This document shows, piece by piece, positions 13,829-27,169 of a stretch of 64,000 nt of DNA. Source of the stretch: Dipteris shenzhenensis (lineage: Eukaryota); NCBI GenBank assembly GCA_047967505.1, contig CM106538.1. One strand, given 5' to 3'. The notes beneath the pieces were generated by a model. That model saw only the letters and a program-made list of their open reading frames with translations. It was not told the origin of the DNA and made no database searches. Position numbers and translations under genes: made by a program. The stretch's first letter is position 1, and each line of letters begins with the position of its first letter.

Positions 13829-16800
13829 AGGTTGTGGTGCCATATCTAGATCGTCGGCGGCCATGATGAAAATAATTGCATCTTCAATATGCGCAACAAC
13901 CCGCCTCGACCTCAACAATACCAAGCGGCATCCATGCCAGTGTACATGCAACCAGTACTTGCATAAGCACCCCCAGCTCCGAGGCTAAATCCTGTTCCTG
14001 TTCGGACACAAGTCCCACAACTACTCAGGAATCCAAGTCCACGACCATATCCAAGAGCACCAAATCCAGCTCCTCAGGCAGTTCCAATATATCAATTACA
14101 AGCCGAGGAAGTAGACTCGTCATTTGAGTATGAAACAAAGTACCCATTGTACTATGTAGAAGGTGCAGAGGGTCTAATACTAGTTTATGCAAATCAAGTA
14201 CGTCCCAATACATATCGAGCACCAATCAAGTGCTATAGTTGTGGAGAAAATCATGGGATCGTAGAGTGCCCTCATTGTGGTAGCCTCAATACTTTCCAAC
14301 CACTCTGCAAAGATTGTGGCATAGGACATGCCTCTATGGATTATCCCATGAAAAATAAAGTCCCACAACAAATAGAGGTTAAGCCTGACGTCCCAATCGG
14401 CATCATTGGGGTGGACCATCAAAGTCTGGGTTTGGCTAGTGTAATATCAAAACCTATAAATGTAATTGCACGCCAATAGAAAGAGGCCACCAAGGACCCT
14501 AACATTCCAATCCAACCAAAGCAACTTCTTAAAAAGAAAGCATAAGTGCCTCCCCCTCCGCCAAGCAATGAGCAGCCGAGCGTGTCCACATCAACTCCCA
14601 AGCCTCAAATAAAAGAAGCTCCATAGCCAAATGCAGAGGTGGAGAAGGCTCGTTTTCAGGCACTTCAACAATGGGTACAAAAGCAACAAGCTCAATTTGA
14701 GGCTAAGAAACAAGCTCAAGACCCAATCCATGACTTGGCCCTACAAAGTATTGATACTGTACTCGAGCCTCTATTCCAACAACAGACTCCACAACATAAT
14801 GTACCGCCACATCAACTTGAAGGAGCCGCACTCTCTAGCATCTTGAGTTGTCCTGTGTCAATTCCCATAGGAAGCCTCCTACGGAATTGCCCCAATCTTT
14901 GGGAGAGTTTCAAAGGATGGATTGAACTTGCAAATCCCTCTCCACCTATGAATGACATCGAAGATATCCCTGTGTGGATGGGTGAGAGAGATGACATACG
15001 CAACATTACTGTGCCTTTGATCCACAAGGCATACAATGAAGTCCAAGCCATAGTGGATGGTGGAGTAGGTGTAAATGTCCTATCAAAGAAGCTCTACGAA
15101 GAATGGGGTCTCCCACCAATGTAAAAGGCTAATTTCAACATACGCCTTGTCAATGATTCACGGGCTAAACCCTTGGGAATAGTGAATGGCATGTCCACAA
15201 AGGTCGCAGGAGTTGGCTTTTCCCTTCAATTCATAATCTTGGATCTTCCCAAAAAATCCTATCAAATCTTACTAGGACGTCCTTGGTTACAGGAAGCATC
15301 AGTCCTCCATGACTGGTGAACTGATAGACTGACAATCCAAAATCGTGACACCGCAGTCAGGGTGAATGTGGGAACAGGAGCTATAAAACCAATTGTGCCT
15401 AGAGCATTGGATGACACATCTTCAACGACAATCTCAAGAAAATCAGCTCCCTTACAACAGCATGCCATAGCGGGCGATTCACAAAGCAATGTCAATAATT
15501 GGATACAAACATTGGCAACCATCGACAATTGCCATTCATTAGACCCCATCTTCTCACAGATAGATGCTAAGGTGGTATAGGTAGATCCTCCACTCACACA
15601 TGAAGAACCAATTGATCAAGAGATGCCATTCTTTATGACTGACCTCGAGTGGGACAATGAACGTGAAGAAGGTACCCATACCAATGATGACTCAGATTTT
15701 CCTTGGGACCTTGAAACTGAGGTTGAGAATGCTGAAATTGAAGATCAAACCTTTGATAATGACTTAGCCATTCTGCATGCCCTAATGGTAGTTGAGCTCC
15801 CAAAAGTTGAACCTCCAAAGTTGAATAACAGCAAAAGATCCCACAAGAAAGCTGAAGGAGGAAACCGCAGAAAAGCCAAGGCTGAACACTTCAATGAATT
15901 CGAATGAGTCCAAACAAGGATCGTCGAATTGTATCTTGCAAAGCCAGCTCCCTCAAAATCAGAACCACCACCTCTTGAATGGTCCCCTGAGGGACTAGAA
16001 GGAGTATGTGCAGCAAATGAATCCTTACTTGGAAATACCTTACCAGTGGAAAAGTTACCCCACAGTTCCCAACGTAAGAAGTTTCGGAAATATAAGCCAC
16101 ATGTGCGGATGAAGCTCGATCAAGAGATTTCAAAAAAAGAAACTCAAGAAGAGCCTAACAAATTGGTAAATGCAACTATGCCACCCAGTACGCATGGCAC
16201 ATGTGAGGCTAGGTCAACACCATCAGAGGCCGATCTTCAAGAAGTGCCAGAGTACTTCAAGAATTACACAAGTGGAAGTGCCCCAATAGCTATGCCAAGA
16301 CCACTAAGAGAATCTGAAGTTCAAGAAATTGATAGCATTGGAGAAACTCCAATCTATGAGGGACTGGCAAAAACACACACAATAAACCTCGCCCTAGAAG
16401 GGGAGGAGGAAAAACTAGTTTTCATTGGGAAACAGCTTCGATAGAAAGATGAAACTCTACTTTGCCAGTCGACAACTCAATGATGCAGAGATCACTATAT
16501 CACCACAGAAAGAGAAGCCCTGCAATGGTGTGTAATGTAAAGAAATTTTGGCACTATCTACTGGCAAATGATTTTGTCTTCTACATCGACCATCAAGCAT
16601 TGCTTTATCTTGTGAACTGTCCATGTACAACAGGAAGAATAACCAAATGGCTCCTCTTGCTTCAAGAATTAAACTTCAAAACAGTGGTTTGCAAGGGTGC
16701 CCAGCACTACATTGCCGATCACATGTCTCGTGTCAAGTCGGGAGAAGAAGCCACTGGAGTAGAAGATGACTTACCAGATGCCACACTATTTCAAATAGAT

Positions 16801-17904
16801 GCTATTCCAGAGTGGTGTGGAGATATCATTGGGTACTTAATGACAAGAAGACCACCCCCTGAAATGAAAGCAGTAGACGCTAGAAAACTAATTCTAAAGG
16901 CTGCATCCTATCAACTCATTACAGGACAACTGTACAAGATGGGCAAGGACCAGGTATTAAGAAGATGTGTAATGCCTCATGAGATCATGTGAATCCTAAG
17001 TGAAGTCCATGAAGGCATTACACAAGGACACTTCCAAGGGGAAGCCACAACAAGAAAAGTTCTCCTCACAAGCCACTAGTGGCCAACACTGTGGGCAGAT
17101 GCCTATGAATATGTAAAAGGCTGTGATGTATGCCAACAGACTACTAAACCACAACACAAAAACTTCAATCCCCTAATAACAGTTGTTGCACAAAAACCAT
17201 TTGAAAAAGGGGGGATTGACTATGTGGGTCCCATCCATCCAGCAAGCAAAAGGAACACAAGCACACTACATCATTGTGGCCACTGATTACTTTACAAAAT
17301 GGGCTAAAGCTAAAGCAGTCAGAAAGGTAGATGCCAGAAGCACAACAAGATTCTTATACGAAAATGTGATCACCCGATTCGTATGCCCCATTGAAATTGT
17401 GTCGGATAGAGGCACACATTTTGTCAATGAGGTAATCCAAGAACTCTTGTCCGAATTTATGGTAATCCATAGAAAAAGCACACCCTACTTCCCCCAGGGG
17501 AATGCACTACTACACACGGGCCCTATTCTGATGCTTAAGCATCGACGTTTAATGTGCGCGGGGCACTAATCGTCGATAACCAAAGTGAGATTCGTTAAGT
17601 GTCACTATATAGTGACGTTTAAAGAGTGTCGCTATATAGTGACACTTATTAGACTTGTGAATGGTCGTTATATAGCGACACTGAGACATTTTCCTATAGT
17701 GATGTTTTACAGAGAGTGTTTTTTCCCATACCGACCTTAAAAGATAGTTTTTCCCAATGACAATTTTTTTTTCCTTTTCATACATGTTTGATCCTTTGAG
17801 AGAATAAAAGTACAAGAGCATGTACATCAAGCCTTTGAAGCTCATATATTCATGTCCAAGTTTGAGATTAAAAAAATCAATGAAGAGCATTTACATCAAT
17901 GGCT

Positions 17905-19742
17905 TCATCTTGAGCCAAAGTCTAACGTGCCAAACAAGTCTATCTCTAACTCTATACCGAGTTGATCTCCTATATCATCATCATACTCTAGCATTGTACG
18001 TTCACCTAAGACTTGATCATCTTCTTTAATAAAGTTTGGTGATTCTTGATGATCATCATCTTCTTCCTCAATATCGTGATCTCCATCTTTCTCCCGTACG
18101 ATGTCATTATGCACATCTTCCTCTTGGCTCATATTGTGATATTCATCTTCTTCGCTAGATCCATCTGGATCAATTGGATCCGGCATTGGTAGTGGCATCT
18201 CCATATCCACATCTCTATCTTTAAAAATTTGCTTACTTTGTGGTGCAACTTGGATCACATACCACCATCTTGGATCAGAACGATTTGGATGAAAAATCAC
18301 CTATATTGAAGATGGGTGCCAAATGCCATCAATTATATATATGAAATTATGCTTAAGTACATGTATTAATGGATCTTAAAAAATGAAAGCTTCAATTAAT
18401 TAAATCATTAGTATGCACCTGCTCACAATGCTCAGGAAGAACAAAAGTATCACTTTCATCGGTCCAAAGTTTGGTGGAGTCTATTGCAAAGAAACTGCTA
18501 CTGTCTTTTCTCATTGTCACATGGGGATCATTGTAAATAGTTCTAAACCATTTTACATCAAGAATGAAAATACTAAATCGTCTCAAATCAATTTCATAGA
18601 TTTTGTGTATGGTTCCATAATAATCCAACTATGAGGAGAGAAGATTGGTATCCGAAGCACTTGCTCGGCTATCTTGTGTGAAGTTAGCCATGACTCCACA
18701 ATCATACGTGACTCTCTTTGAATCGATGTGTTCCACGCAAAAATGTCGTCCATATGACCATAATGCACTGTACTTTTTGTACTACAAAAGAGCATCATTA
18801 AAACAATGAAGGTGCATCTATTTTATAGCGTATATAGCCACAAATAATTACTTAATTACATCAAGAGGTAAGAAACTTACATGCATCATACATCTAGATG
18901 ATAAATTCACTCGTGCTCATTTATTGTCTCTCCATCGCGTTCGGCTTTACGTAGAGCTAGTCGTTTGACATGTGAGTGGGGAGAAGGGCGAGACCCCGTG
19001 GATATGGTTGCGATCACCTCTACATTACTCTGAATCTCGTCCTTGCATTTATTCTTTCTGCTTTGGTTGCTTTATATCTCTCAATCCACTTTTGCATCTC
19101 CTTGCTATTGAGCATACAAAACTTATTGAATTTTTCCATTTGCTCTCCGCTCATCTTTCTTTCAATCCCTTTTCCTTGGGGAACCTTGCCAACAATGCGA
19201 TCATCATTCTTGTTATGCCAAGCTTGCGGCATATCGGGATCCACCACCGTGGATGCAAGAAACTCCATGATATATACTAATGACTCTTGCACAAGCCATC
19301 CCTCTGCCATGCTTGATTCTGGTCTTGCACTTTGTCTTACAAATCCCTTTAAAGTTTTCATAAACCGCTTGAGAAAAAACATCCATCGACTATGAAAGGT
19401 ACCTGCAATGGCCACCTCATCAACTATGTGCACAAGCAAGTGCACTTGAGTTGTCATAATGCTCGAGGGAAAATGCTTCTCAAGCAAGCATACGGCTTAG
19501 ATGGATTCCACCCTAGCTTTCTCGATGCTCGATATGGATATCTCTTTTTGAGATATCCACCTATTTCACATGCCCATGTAAGATATATTCATAATCAATC
19601 TACAGATTATTCAGCTTAAATTGAAGAAAATGCAATCAATGCAATTTGATAGTAAACATACCTCACAATACCACTGATCTTGAATATAGTATTTCTAACA
19701 TCTTCTTGTAAGCATCCTTTTATTGTAATTGGGAGGATGAAC
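17905..19742 (-). pseudogene. TnpD/Tnp2-like transposase, C-terminal exons only (DUF4218/DUF4216-like)
   Basis: LEKHFPSSIMTTQVHLLVHIVDEV...RWMFFLKRFMKTLKGFVRQSARPESSMAEGW; DYYGTIHKIYEIDLRRF...VKWF; FVLPEHCEQV; acidic tail. Confidence 0.88.
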
Positions 19743-19979
19743 TATCAAAGCAACAAAGAAGTCATGTCAATAATATAACATAATCATAATTACACTAACG
19801 CATCACGATTATCGGTACACTAATCCTACAGATTAGAATACCTGGAAGACATTGAGCAAGCTTAGAATCCTACACCTTGACATTGAGCAAGCATTTACAG
19901 ACTCCTGCATTCTTTGAATTAGAGTGATAGAAGTCCGTATCTACTTGTTCAATGGTAGGCTATTGAAGCTTCACATGGG

Positions 19980-21600
19980 AAAAAGAGAGAAGGAAAGAGA
20001 GGAGAAAAGAGATGAGAAAAAAGAGAGAAAAAGAGAGGAGAAAAATGAGAAAAGAGAGGAGAAAAAAGACAGAAAAAGAGAGGAGATAAGAGAGAAAAAG
20101 AGAGGAGATAAGAGAAAAAGTGGGGATAAAAGAGAGAAAAAGAGAGGAAAATAGAGGAAAAGAGAGAAGAAAAAAGAGAGAAAAAGAGAGGAGATAAGAG
20201 AGAAAAAGAGAGGAGAAAAGAGACGAAAAGAGAGGATAAAAGAGAGTCACAATTCAAACATACATAGGCTTCAAATAATGATGAGTCTCAAAATAAACAA
20301 TATCCAAATAATGAGTCAAATTAATGTGAGAGCTAACCTCATGAAGGCCGAGACACTTGTATTCGACCACCCATACGTTGCTTGCAGATTCAAGATTGAG
20401 AGACAAGCCCATAGTTTAGACATCCTAGCACCCTCATACAACTGTGTTGATTGCAACTTTCCTCTCTTCTTTTTCCCTTCTTTCGATCTCTTTTCCCCTC
20501 TTCCTTCTCTTCTTTTCCCCTCTTCTTTTTCCCCTCTTTCAATCTCTTTTCCCCTCTTCCTTCTCTTCTTTTACCCTCTTCTTTTTCCCCTCTTTCAATC
20601 TCTTTTTCCCCTCTTTCAAACATATGCTTTCTCTCTTTTTCTCTTATGCATATGTTTTTCCTTCTCTTATGCTTATGCTCTTTTCCCCTCTTCTTTTTTC
20701 CCTCTTTCAATCTCTTATGCATATGTTTTTTCTTCTCTTATGCTTATGCTTATGCATAAGCATATGTCTCCTCCTTTCCTTCTCTTCTTTTTCCCTCTCT
20801 TTTTCTCTTCTTTTCATAAGCATATGCCTATGCCTATGCTTATGCATAAGCATATGCTCATATGCTTATGCATAAGCACAAGCATATGCTTTCTCTCTTT
20901 TTCTCTTATGCTCATATGCTCATGCATAAGCATAAGCATATGCTTTCTTTCTTTTCCTCTTATGCTTATGCTCTTTTTCCCTCTTCCTTCTTTTATGGTT
21001 ATGCTCTTTTCCCTCTTCTTTTTCCCCTCTTTCAATCTCTTTTCCCCTCTTCCTTCTCTTATGCTTATGCTCTTTTCCCCTCTTTTTTTTCCCCTCTTTC
21101 AATCTCTTTTCCCCTCTTTCAATCTATTTTTCCCCTCTTTCAATCTCTTTTTCCCCTCTTTCAATCTCTTTTCCCCTCTTTCAAACATATGCTTTCTCTC
21201 TTTTTCTCGTATGCATATGTTTTTCCTTCTTTTATGCTTATGCTTATGCATGAGCATATGTCTCCTTCTCCTTCTCCTTCTCCTTTCCTTCTGTTCTTTT
21301 TCCCTCTCTTTTTCTCTTCTTTTCATAAGCATATGCCTATGCCTATGCTTATGCTTATGTTTATGCATGAGCATATGCTCATATGTTTATGCATAAGCAT
21401 AAGCATATGCTTTCTCTCTTTTTTCTCTTATGCATATTTGGTTCTTTTCCCCCTCTTCTTTCTCTTCTTTTCCCCTCTCCTTCTCCTATGCTTCTCCTTC
21501 TCTTTTCCTTCTCTTATGCTTCTCTTATGCTTCTCCTTCTCTTATGCATATGCTTTCCCTCATATGCTTTCCATCTTATGCATATGCTTATTTCCTTCTC
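19980..21600. repeat. Low-complexity GA-rich (19980-20245) and CT/ATGC-rich (20460-21600) tracts inside CACTA #1
   Basis: Repeated GAGAAAAAGAGAG, TTTTCCCCTCTTTCAATCTC and ATGCTTATGCAT units. Confidence 0.9.
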
Positions 21601-21687
21601 CTTAGTCGTATTCAGTTCTTTTTTCACATGCTCCTTAGCTATATTTGGTTCTTTTTTTTTCAAACAGATTCTAAATGGAACAACCAT

Positions 21688-23470
21688 GCCCTCACCCATG
21701 GGTGTCCTCCCTAAACCCCAACCTGATTTCCCACGTCGCAGGGATTATAGACATAGCTTCACTACTAGCTCATGTAAAAGAGAAGATTGCGCAAGAGAGT
21801 GACTGGGTGAAGTACAACATGGGGGTGCGTGCTTCTGGGTGGGATCCAAGCCCAAGGGTAGTGGAGCAAGGGCACCTGAGGAATGCACGACACAACCTAT
21901 GGGATCTTCATAGATTGTGGAGAGATTGCCATGACTGGTGGAGCCTCAAATATGATTGTGTAAAGGACATAATGGAGCTGGCCACGAAAACCCTCGTAGG
22001 AGGAGACATCATGATCTCTATTCTCTAGAGGACTTTGATTCCACTCAGGTGACACCTCAGGGCCGACTACTCTCATACATAGCACTGTGGACTACCCCTC
22101 GAGGAACTCCTTTGTTAGCAGCCCATGGCTTTGTTGGGAGTCTCGACGAGTTTGTCGCACAGATGATTGATGCGGAGGCAGCAAGATTCTTCTCTCTGCT
22201 ATCCCAGAGGACCTCAGCAAATCCCTCTTCTACACCGATGGTTGGACCCATTATCTAGCCTCCCCTCTAGCCCCTTCGACTGAGGGGTCATCACTTGGGC
22301 GTGCCCATCATAAGGGAAGGAAGAGTAGGAGGGGTCGCTTATGTTGTGCTGACTCGGGAGATGTAGACAAGTCAGCACACTCACATCCCTACAGGTCTCC
22401 ACTTGGTTTCAAGTCCCAGTACCAGTTAGGTCCCTTGCCCTCTCCTACTCCCACTACTACTCCTCACGCCATAAGCACTCGCAGTAACACCACTCGCTCT
22501 AACTCTACCACTACCATGAGTCCTCCTTACCGGATCGAGGACCTGGCCTATGAAATCACAGTTGCTGGAGAGATAATAGAAAATAAAAAGGGCTCAGTAG
22601 TGATGGCTACCATGAGGCGGTTGATGAGCCACCACTTCAAGAGCGGCATAGCTACTGACTGGCAGTACCAAGATGAGGGAAAGAAGTAGGTAGTCATCGA
22701 TGAATTGAAAAGACAATATCCTAATCCTCCAAATTGGGAGTTCAATTTGGATTACATGAAAGAGCCCATGGGGGTCCTCTTGAAGCATCGTAGGTCAACC
22801 TTGTGTACTTCCATCGCAAAGGGGAAGGCTAGCGAGGCAGACAAAGCTAATTGGAAGTTTTTCAAGAAGCAGTACAAGGACCATCCCAAACTATTCGAGG
22901 GTTAGAGGAGGGTTGCGAGGAGATGGTTGGACTTCGTAGGTACTTCGCACTTTGGTGCAGGCAGATGGTTGGCATTCGAGGCAACCGTGGTAAGTCTACT
23001 TCTTCTCATTTAATGTATTGTTCTATTTGTTTTACTACATATTGCATGCACTTTATCTAACTCTCGTAAATTGGGCCCATAGCAAGCTGCGATGGGTCAC
23101 CTTCCTACAGACATAGAGACGAGATGTGCATTTTGTGTAGGAACAAAGCTGTGGTTTATTGAGAAGGAGGCACTGGGAGCGACGGTCGATTGGGTTCAAG
23201 TGGCTGCTCACACGGTATAAGTCTACTCCTACTTTTGTAATCTCACTTTTTAAACTGTTTTATTCTTTAAGTTCCAATCTAATTTCCAATTAATATGGTT
23301 TCACTCTTAGAATCAAAGCTCGAACGTCCCATCAGTGGAGGTGAGTGGTGATGATGAGGGATTAGGATTACACGGCTTCGACGAGGGTCAAGAATCAGGC
23401 ATAACTCACGAGGGCTAGGGATTAGGCTAGCATGACGAGGACGAGGACGAGGATGATGATTCGGATGAGC
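21688..23470 (+). pseudogene. Second (TnpA-like partner) gene of CACTA #1, degenerate
   Basis: LAYEITVAGEIIENKKGSVVMATMRRLM...ELKRQYPNPPNWEFNLDY...GTSHFG, visibly similar to the plus-strand genes at ~35260-35640 and 46515-47976. Boundaries approximate. Confidence 0.6.
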
Positions 23471-26020
23471 AGCAGCAGTAGTAGTACTAGTAGTTTGCAT
23501 ATACTTCGCCATGTATATGCTTTTGTATATCGGCTCATTTGAGCAATTTTGTATCACCCTTTTCGAAAGGGTAATTTTGTAACAAATAATGTTGTATATC
23601 TTTGACATGTATATGCTTCTGTCGCTCAGTTCATTTGAGTGATTTTGTATCACCCTTTCCACAAGGGAAATTTTGTAATAACAAAAAACATTCTTTTGTA
23701 ATTACTAAATAAAAAACATTAGTGGGGCAAAACAGGGCTTGCTGTGGCCCTGTTTAGCCCCACTAATTTTTTTTAAAGCTTCTGTTAATCGTTGCTATAT
23801 AGCAACGTTTATCAGTGTTGCTATATAACAACGTTTACCATTGTTGCTATATAGCGATGCTTATATAGCGACTATTCTTTTTCGATGCTCATAGTGACGT
23901 AAATCTCGATCTTTGTGCTCGTTAAAAAAAAAATTTTTAGTATAAAAAAGGTCGGTATTTTCGTCAAAAAAGGGCCTATTCCTTGTAGTGATGGACAGGC
24001 CAAATCCACCAACAAAATAATATGCATTCTCTATGCATTATCCTCACCAAGGTAGTAGAATCACAGCGTTCTGATTGGGCAGAGAAACTGAATGTAGCCT
24101 TATGGGATACAGAACCACACTCAAGATCAGTACAGGGAACAAAACCTTTTCAATTGGTGTATGGCCTTGAAGCTATGGTTCCACTGGAATTTGTAATACC
24201 AAGCCTACACATAGCAGTACAAGAATGCATGGGAGATCATGAATCCTTGAAAGAAAGAATCTATCAGTTGGAGAAGCACACAAAAACAAGAATACTCGCC
24301 TACCATGCCATGACAATAGAAAAATGCAAAAGAAATGCATGGTTTGACAGAAATCTTAAAGCTAAAGACATCAAGGAAGGTGACTTGGTCCTGTTATTAT
24401 ATAATGCCAAAGTACACAAGGGGAAACTGAAATATCTAGGTCAAGGACCATACCGAGTAAGAAAGATGAATCCCATCAGAGCTGTGCTACTAGAAACATT
24501 GGATGGAGTCCAATTCAACACAACAATAAACAAGAGCCGATTGAAGCGCTACTACTTCAACATGCAAGCCATCCGCGACAAAAAGGAAGATTTGGGAAAT
24601 CAAGTCTTCCTTAGTTAGGATAAGATTGTTCATGAGCACTCACTTGCATATGTACGTCTTCGCACATATAGGTAGCATCAATCGATTTTAACCTAGGGCT
24701 CATAAGTGATGCCTAAGTCCTAGCTACCGTATGAAATCCCAGCAACAAAAAAAGCATATAGTTAGTCCCAACCTAGCTACTAGGTCACGTGCACTCACAC
24801 ACTTTCGCTTAGACACATAGATGATTGCATGAATAATTGTGCCACACACTTTCATTCCACACTCTCAAAGCATGTATAAAAATAAGATCTCTCACAAACA
24901 CACAGAAAGGCCATACCTGCATGCCAACCAATCTAATGATCAATGGTACACCACATGCACATGGATGAAGGTTCAGAAAAGATGCTGCCACTAAAGAGGA
25001 GGTGTAGAGAGAGCCCAACCCCTCAACCACGAGACCCCCTCCAGAGTTCGTAGCCATCTACATCCTCTCAACCACGGTGACCACAAGTATTTGTGGTCCA
25101 AAGCGATAGCTCTGAAGAGGATTCAGTGCATGACCATACAAAGAAAAAATGCCACCCCAGTCACCACCGGCTTACACAACCATTGACAGGGCCTAGTCAC
25201 TGAAACTTGTTTGGCCACCTACATCGACTTATGGTCTTTCCCAGGAAGCAACATCTTAGTTAGAGGAAAGGGGTCTAGGTAGTTTGCATGAGAGCCTAAA
25301 ATCCTTGGAGGATAGTCCTACAATGACCACATACATCAGGGACTTTCTCCATTCTTACCACTCCAGCAATGCAAAGGTTGGCAAGTACAGTACAATCACT
25401 GTACATCAGAGCCCACTAAACATTATCCTCGATAGTATAGTCATTCAAAGGGCTTTGTCATTGCCAACACATGGTGCCAAATACCTTACATGGCTTGTTG
25501 ATGCAAAGTTTCTCAGAGTATAGTCTCTCCTCACCAAGGACACATTGTTCCATAGGGATGGCATATTACTTCGCACAATCCTTAACCATCACTCAAGGAA
25601 GCAACACAATTCCTATCCATAATCCTAGGGGTTAAGTGTGGCAAGAATTGATCCCTTCCACTCTGCACATTTGTTTCGCTGAGTAGGAAGCTAAAGCAAG
25701 ACTGGATCCAACACTTAGTCATCTTCTTTACAAAGAGCGTGAGGCTACATCATCACTAGAACTGCCCATCGATACCATGCCATTTGATGAGCCACAAGGG
25801 AAGCTAGTGCTAGATCAACAGTATGACTATTGTACACAAGGGAATGAAATACCATTGGAACAACCTCCCACAAGTACTATAGAATCATTGGGATGGCTAC
25901 ATGGGCACCATTTGTATCAGCCGTATTGCCAGTCCTCATCACCATCTATCATTCTCCAACATCAAGCTAGCCAAATGATCCAAATGTCAGAACTATTCAC
26001 TAGCTTGGCCAAGGAAGAAT

Positions 26021-27169
26021 ATGCAAGAGAATTGGACAAACAAGACTGGATTAGAAATCGAAGACCAATTCCAGGCAAAAATTGCCATAGAGGTCAAGGC
26101 ACTTCGGGAGCAAATAGATGAGAAGGAGGTAGAAGAAGTGCACGTGAATCAAGCTCTCCAAGCTCAAGAGAAGGCAGTGAGGGATGTGATCTCCAACCTC
26201 CACCAAAGTCAAACACAGTTGACATCAACAGTACAAGCAACGGAAATCCTACAAACCTACTATAACTCATTCACCTCCACACATGCTCAGCAGACAGAGG
26301 TAGTGGCACAAGCTCGACTCAGTCTAATTCACAAAGAAGAAGAGCTCCAAAATTGGAAAGACAAGCTTGAAGACATGAAACAATCTTTGGCAGTACGTGC
26401 CTTTAACATTAACGAGCTTACAAGGGAATGCAGAATCTTAAAGGACCAACTTGCTACCGCTCAAGAGGCCAGCACTTCACAAGCACAAGTCTTGGACCAA
26501 TGGTCCAATACCACTGAAGACATTCCTCAACAGGCAAAGGTCACCTTACAAATGAGAAAGCTTAAGGAGGCATATACAACCATCTACCAGAAATATAAAG
26601 AAAAAATGAATGAGATGCACTCCCAAAAGATAATCATCTGCAAGCTTGAACTCCAACATCTACTAGTGCACAACAATAAGGCAATGGAAGACAACACCAA
26701 TGAAGCCCCACTACAATACACAATGGTGATGTACCAAGAGCTTGTGGCTACTCTACAAGTGGAAGATTACCTCAACGCATGCGTGCTTATCCACCAATGG
26801 AAGCAACTCCAAATCAGGATCATATCTGCTCATCCAATAATCAAATGGAAACATTCCATAAGGACTAAAACTCTGTGCATAATTTTCCAAGACTTGTCCA
26901 AAGATGAGAAAAATATCTTCTGCCTGTCTACACATGCCAAGTTTATAGCACTTAGGACAGATTCTTTCATTGCATATGTATGTCTCATGGGTAGTCCTCC
27001 CCTCAGGGTTATTACTGTTTTGTTGCTATTGCTACAAAGGCCATCACTATTATTTGCAAGGCACGACATAACTAACATCCCACCCATGCAGCTGATGATC
27101 CCATCGCACCAGCAAAAAGAAGTGTCGGAAGATGACAGGCCTATCTCACATCCAACATCCCATATCTAA
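26021..27169 (+). CDS. Extra ORF 3' of gypsy #1 integrase; Q/E/K/L-rich, coiled-coil-like, unknown function, probably part of a longer frameshifted ORF
   Basis: 382-codon open frame with heptad-like composition (VKALREQIDEKEVEE...EELQNWKDKLEDMKQSL). Confidence 0.5.
   Translation: MQENWTNKTGLEIEDQFQAKIAIEVKALREQIDEKEVEEVHVNQALQAQEKAVRDVISNLHQSQTQLTSTVQATEILQTYYNSFTSTHAQQTEVVAQARLSLIHKEEELQNWKDKLEDMKQSLAVRAFNINELTRECRILKDQLATAQEASTSQAQVLDQWSNTTEDIPQQAKVTLQMRKLKEAYTTIYQKYKEKMNEMHSQKIIICKLELQHLLVHNNKAMEDNTNEAPLQYTMVMYQELVATLQVEDYLNACVLIHQWKQLQIRIISAHPIIKWKHSIRTKTLCIIFQDLSKDEKNIFCLSTHAKFIALRTDSFIAYVCLMGSPPLRVITVLLLLLQRPSLLFARHDITNIPPMQLMIPSHQQKEVSEDDRPISHPTSHI

Larger units (their letters stand above)
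17505..23990. mobile_element. CACTA (En/Spm) DNA transposon #1, internally deleted
   Basis: Ends CACTAC...GTAGTG. 3-bp TSD ATG at 17502-17504 and 23991-23993. Removing the element restores the gypsy integrase reading PQGNGQAKSTN. Palindromic subterminal repeats near GTCGCTATATAGCGAC. Confidence 0.96.

Noticed and set aside
20278-21802. Long F/L/S-rich ORFs (372 aa, 247 aa and others)
   Set aside because: By-products of stop-poor low-complexity repeats; open in several frames.
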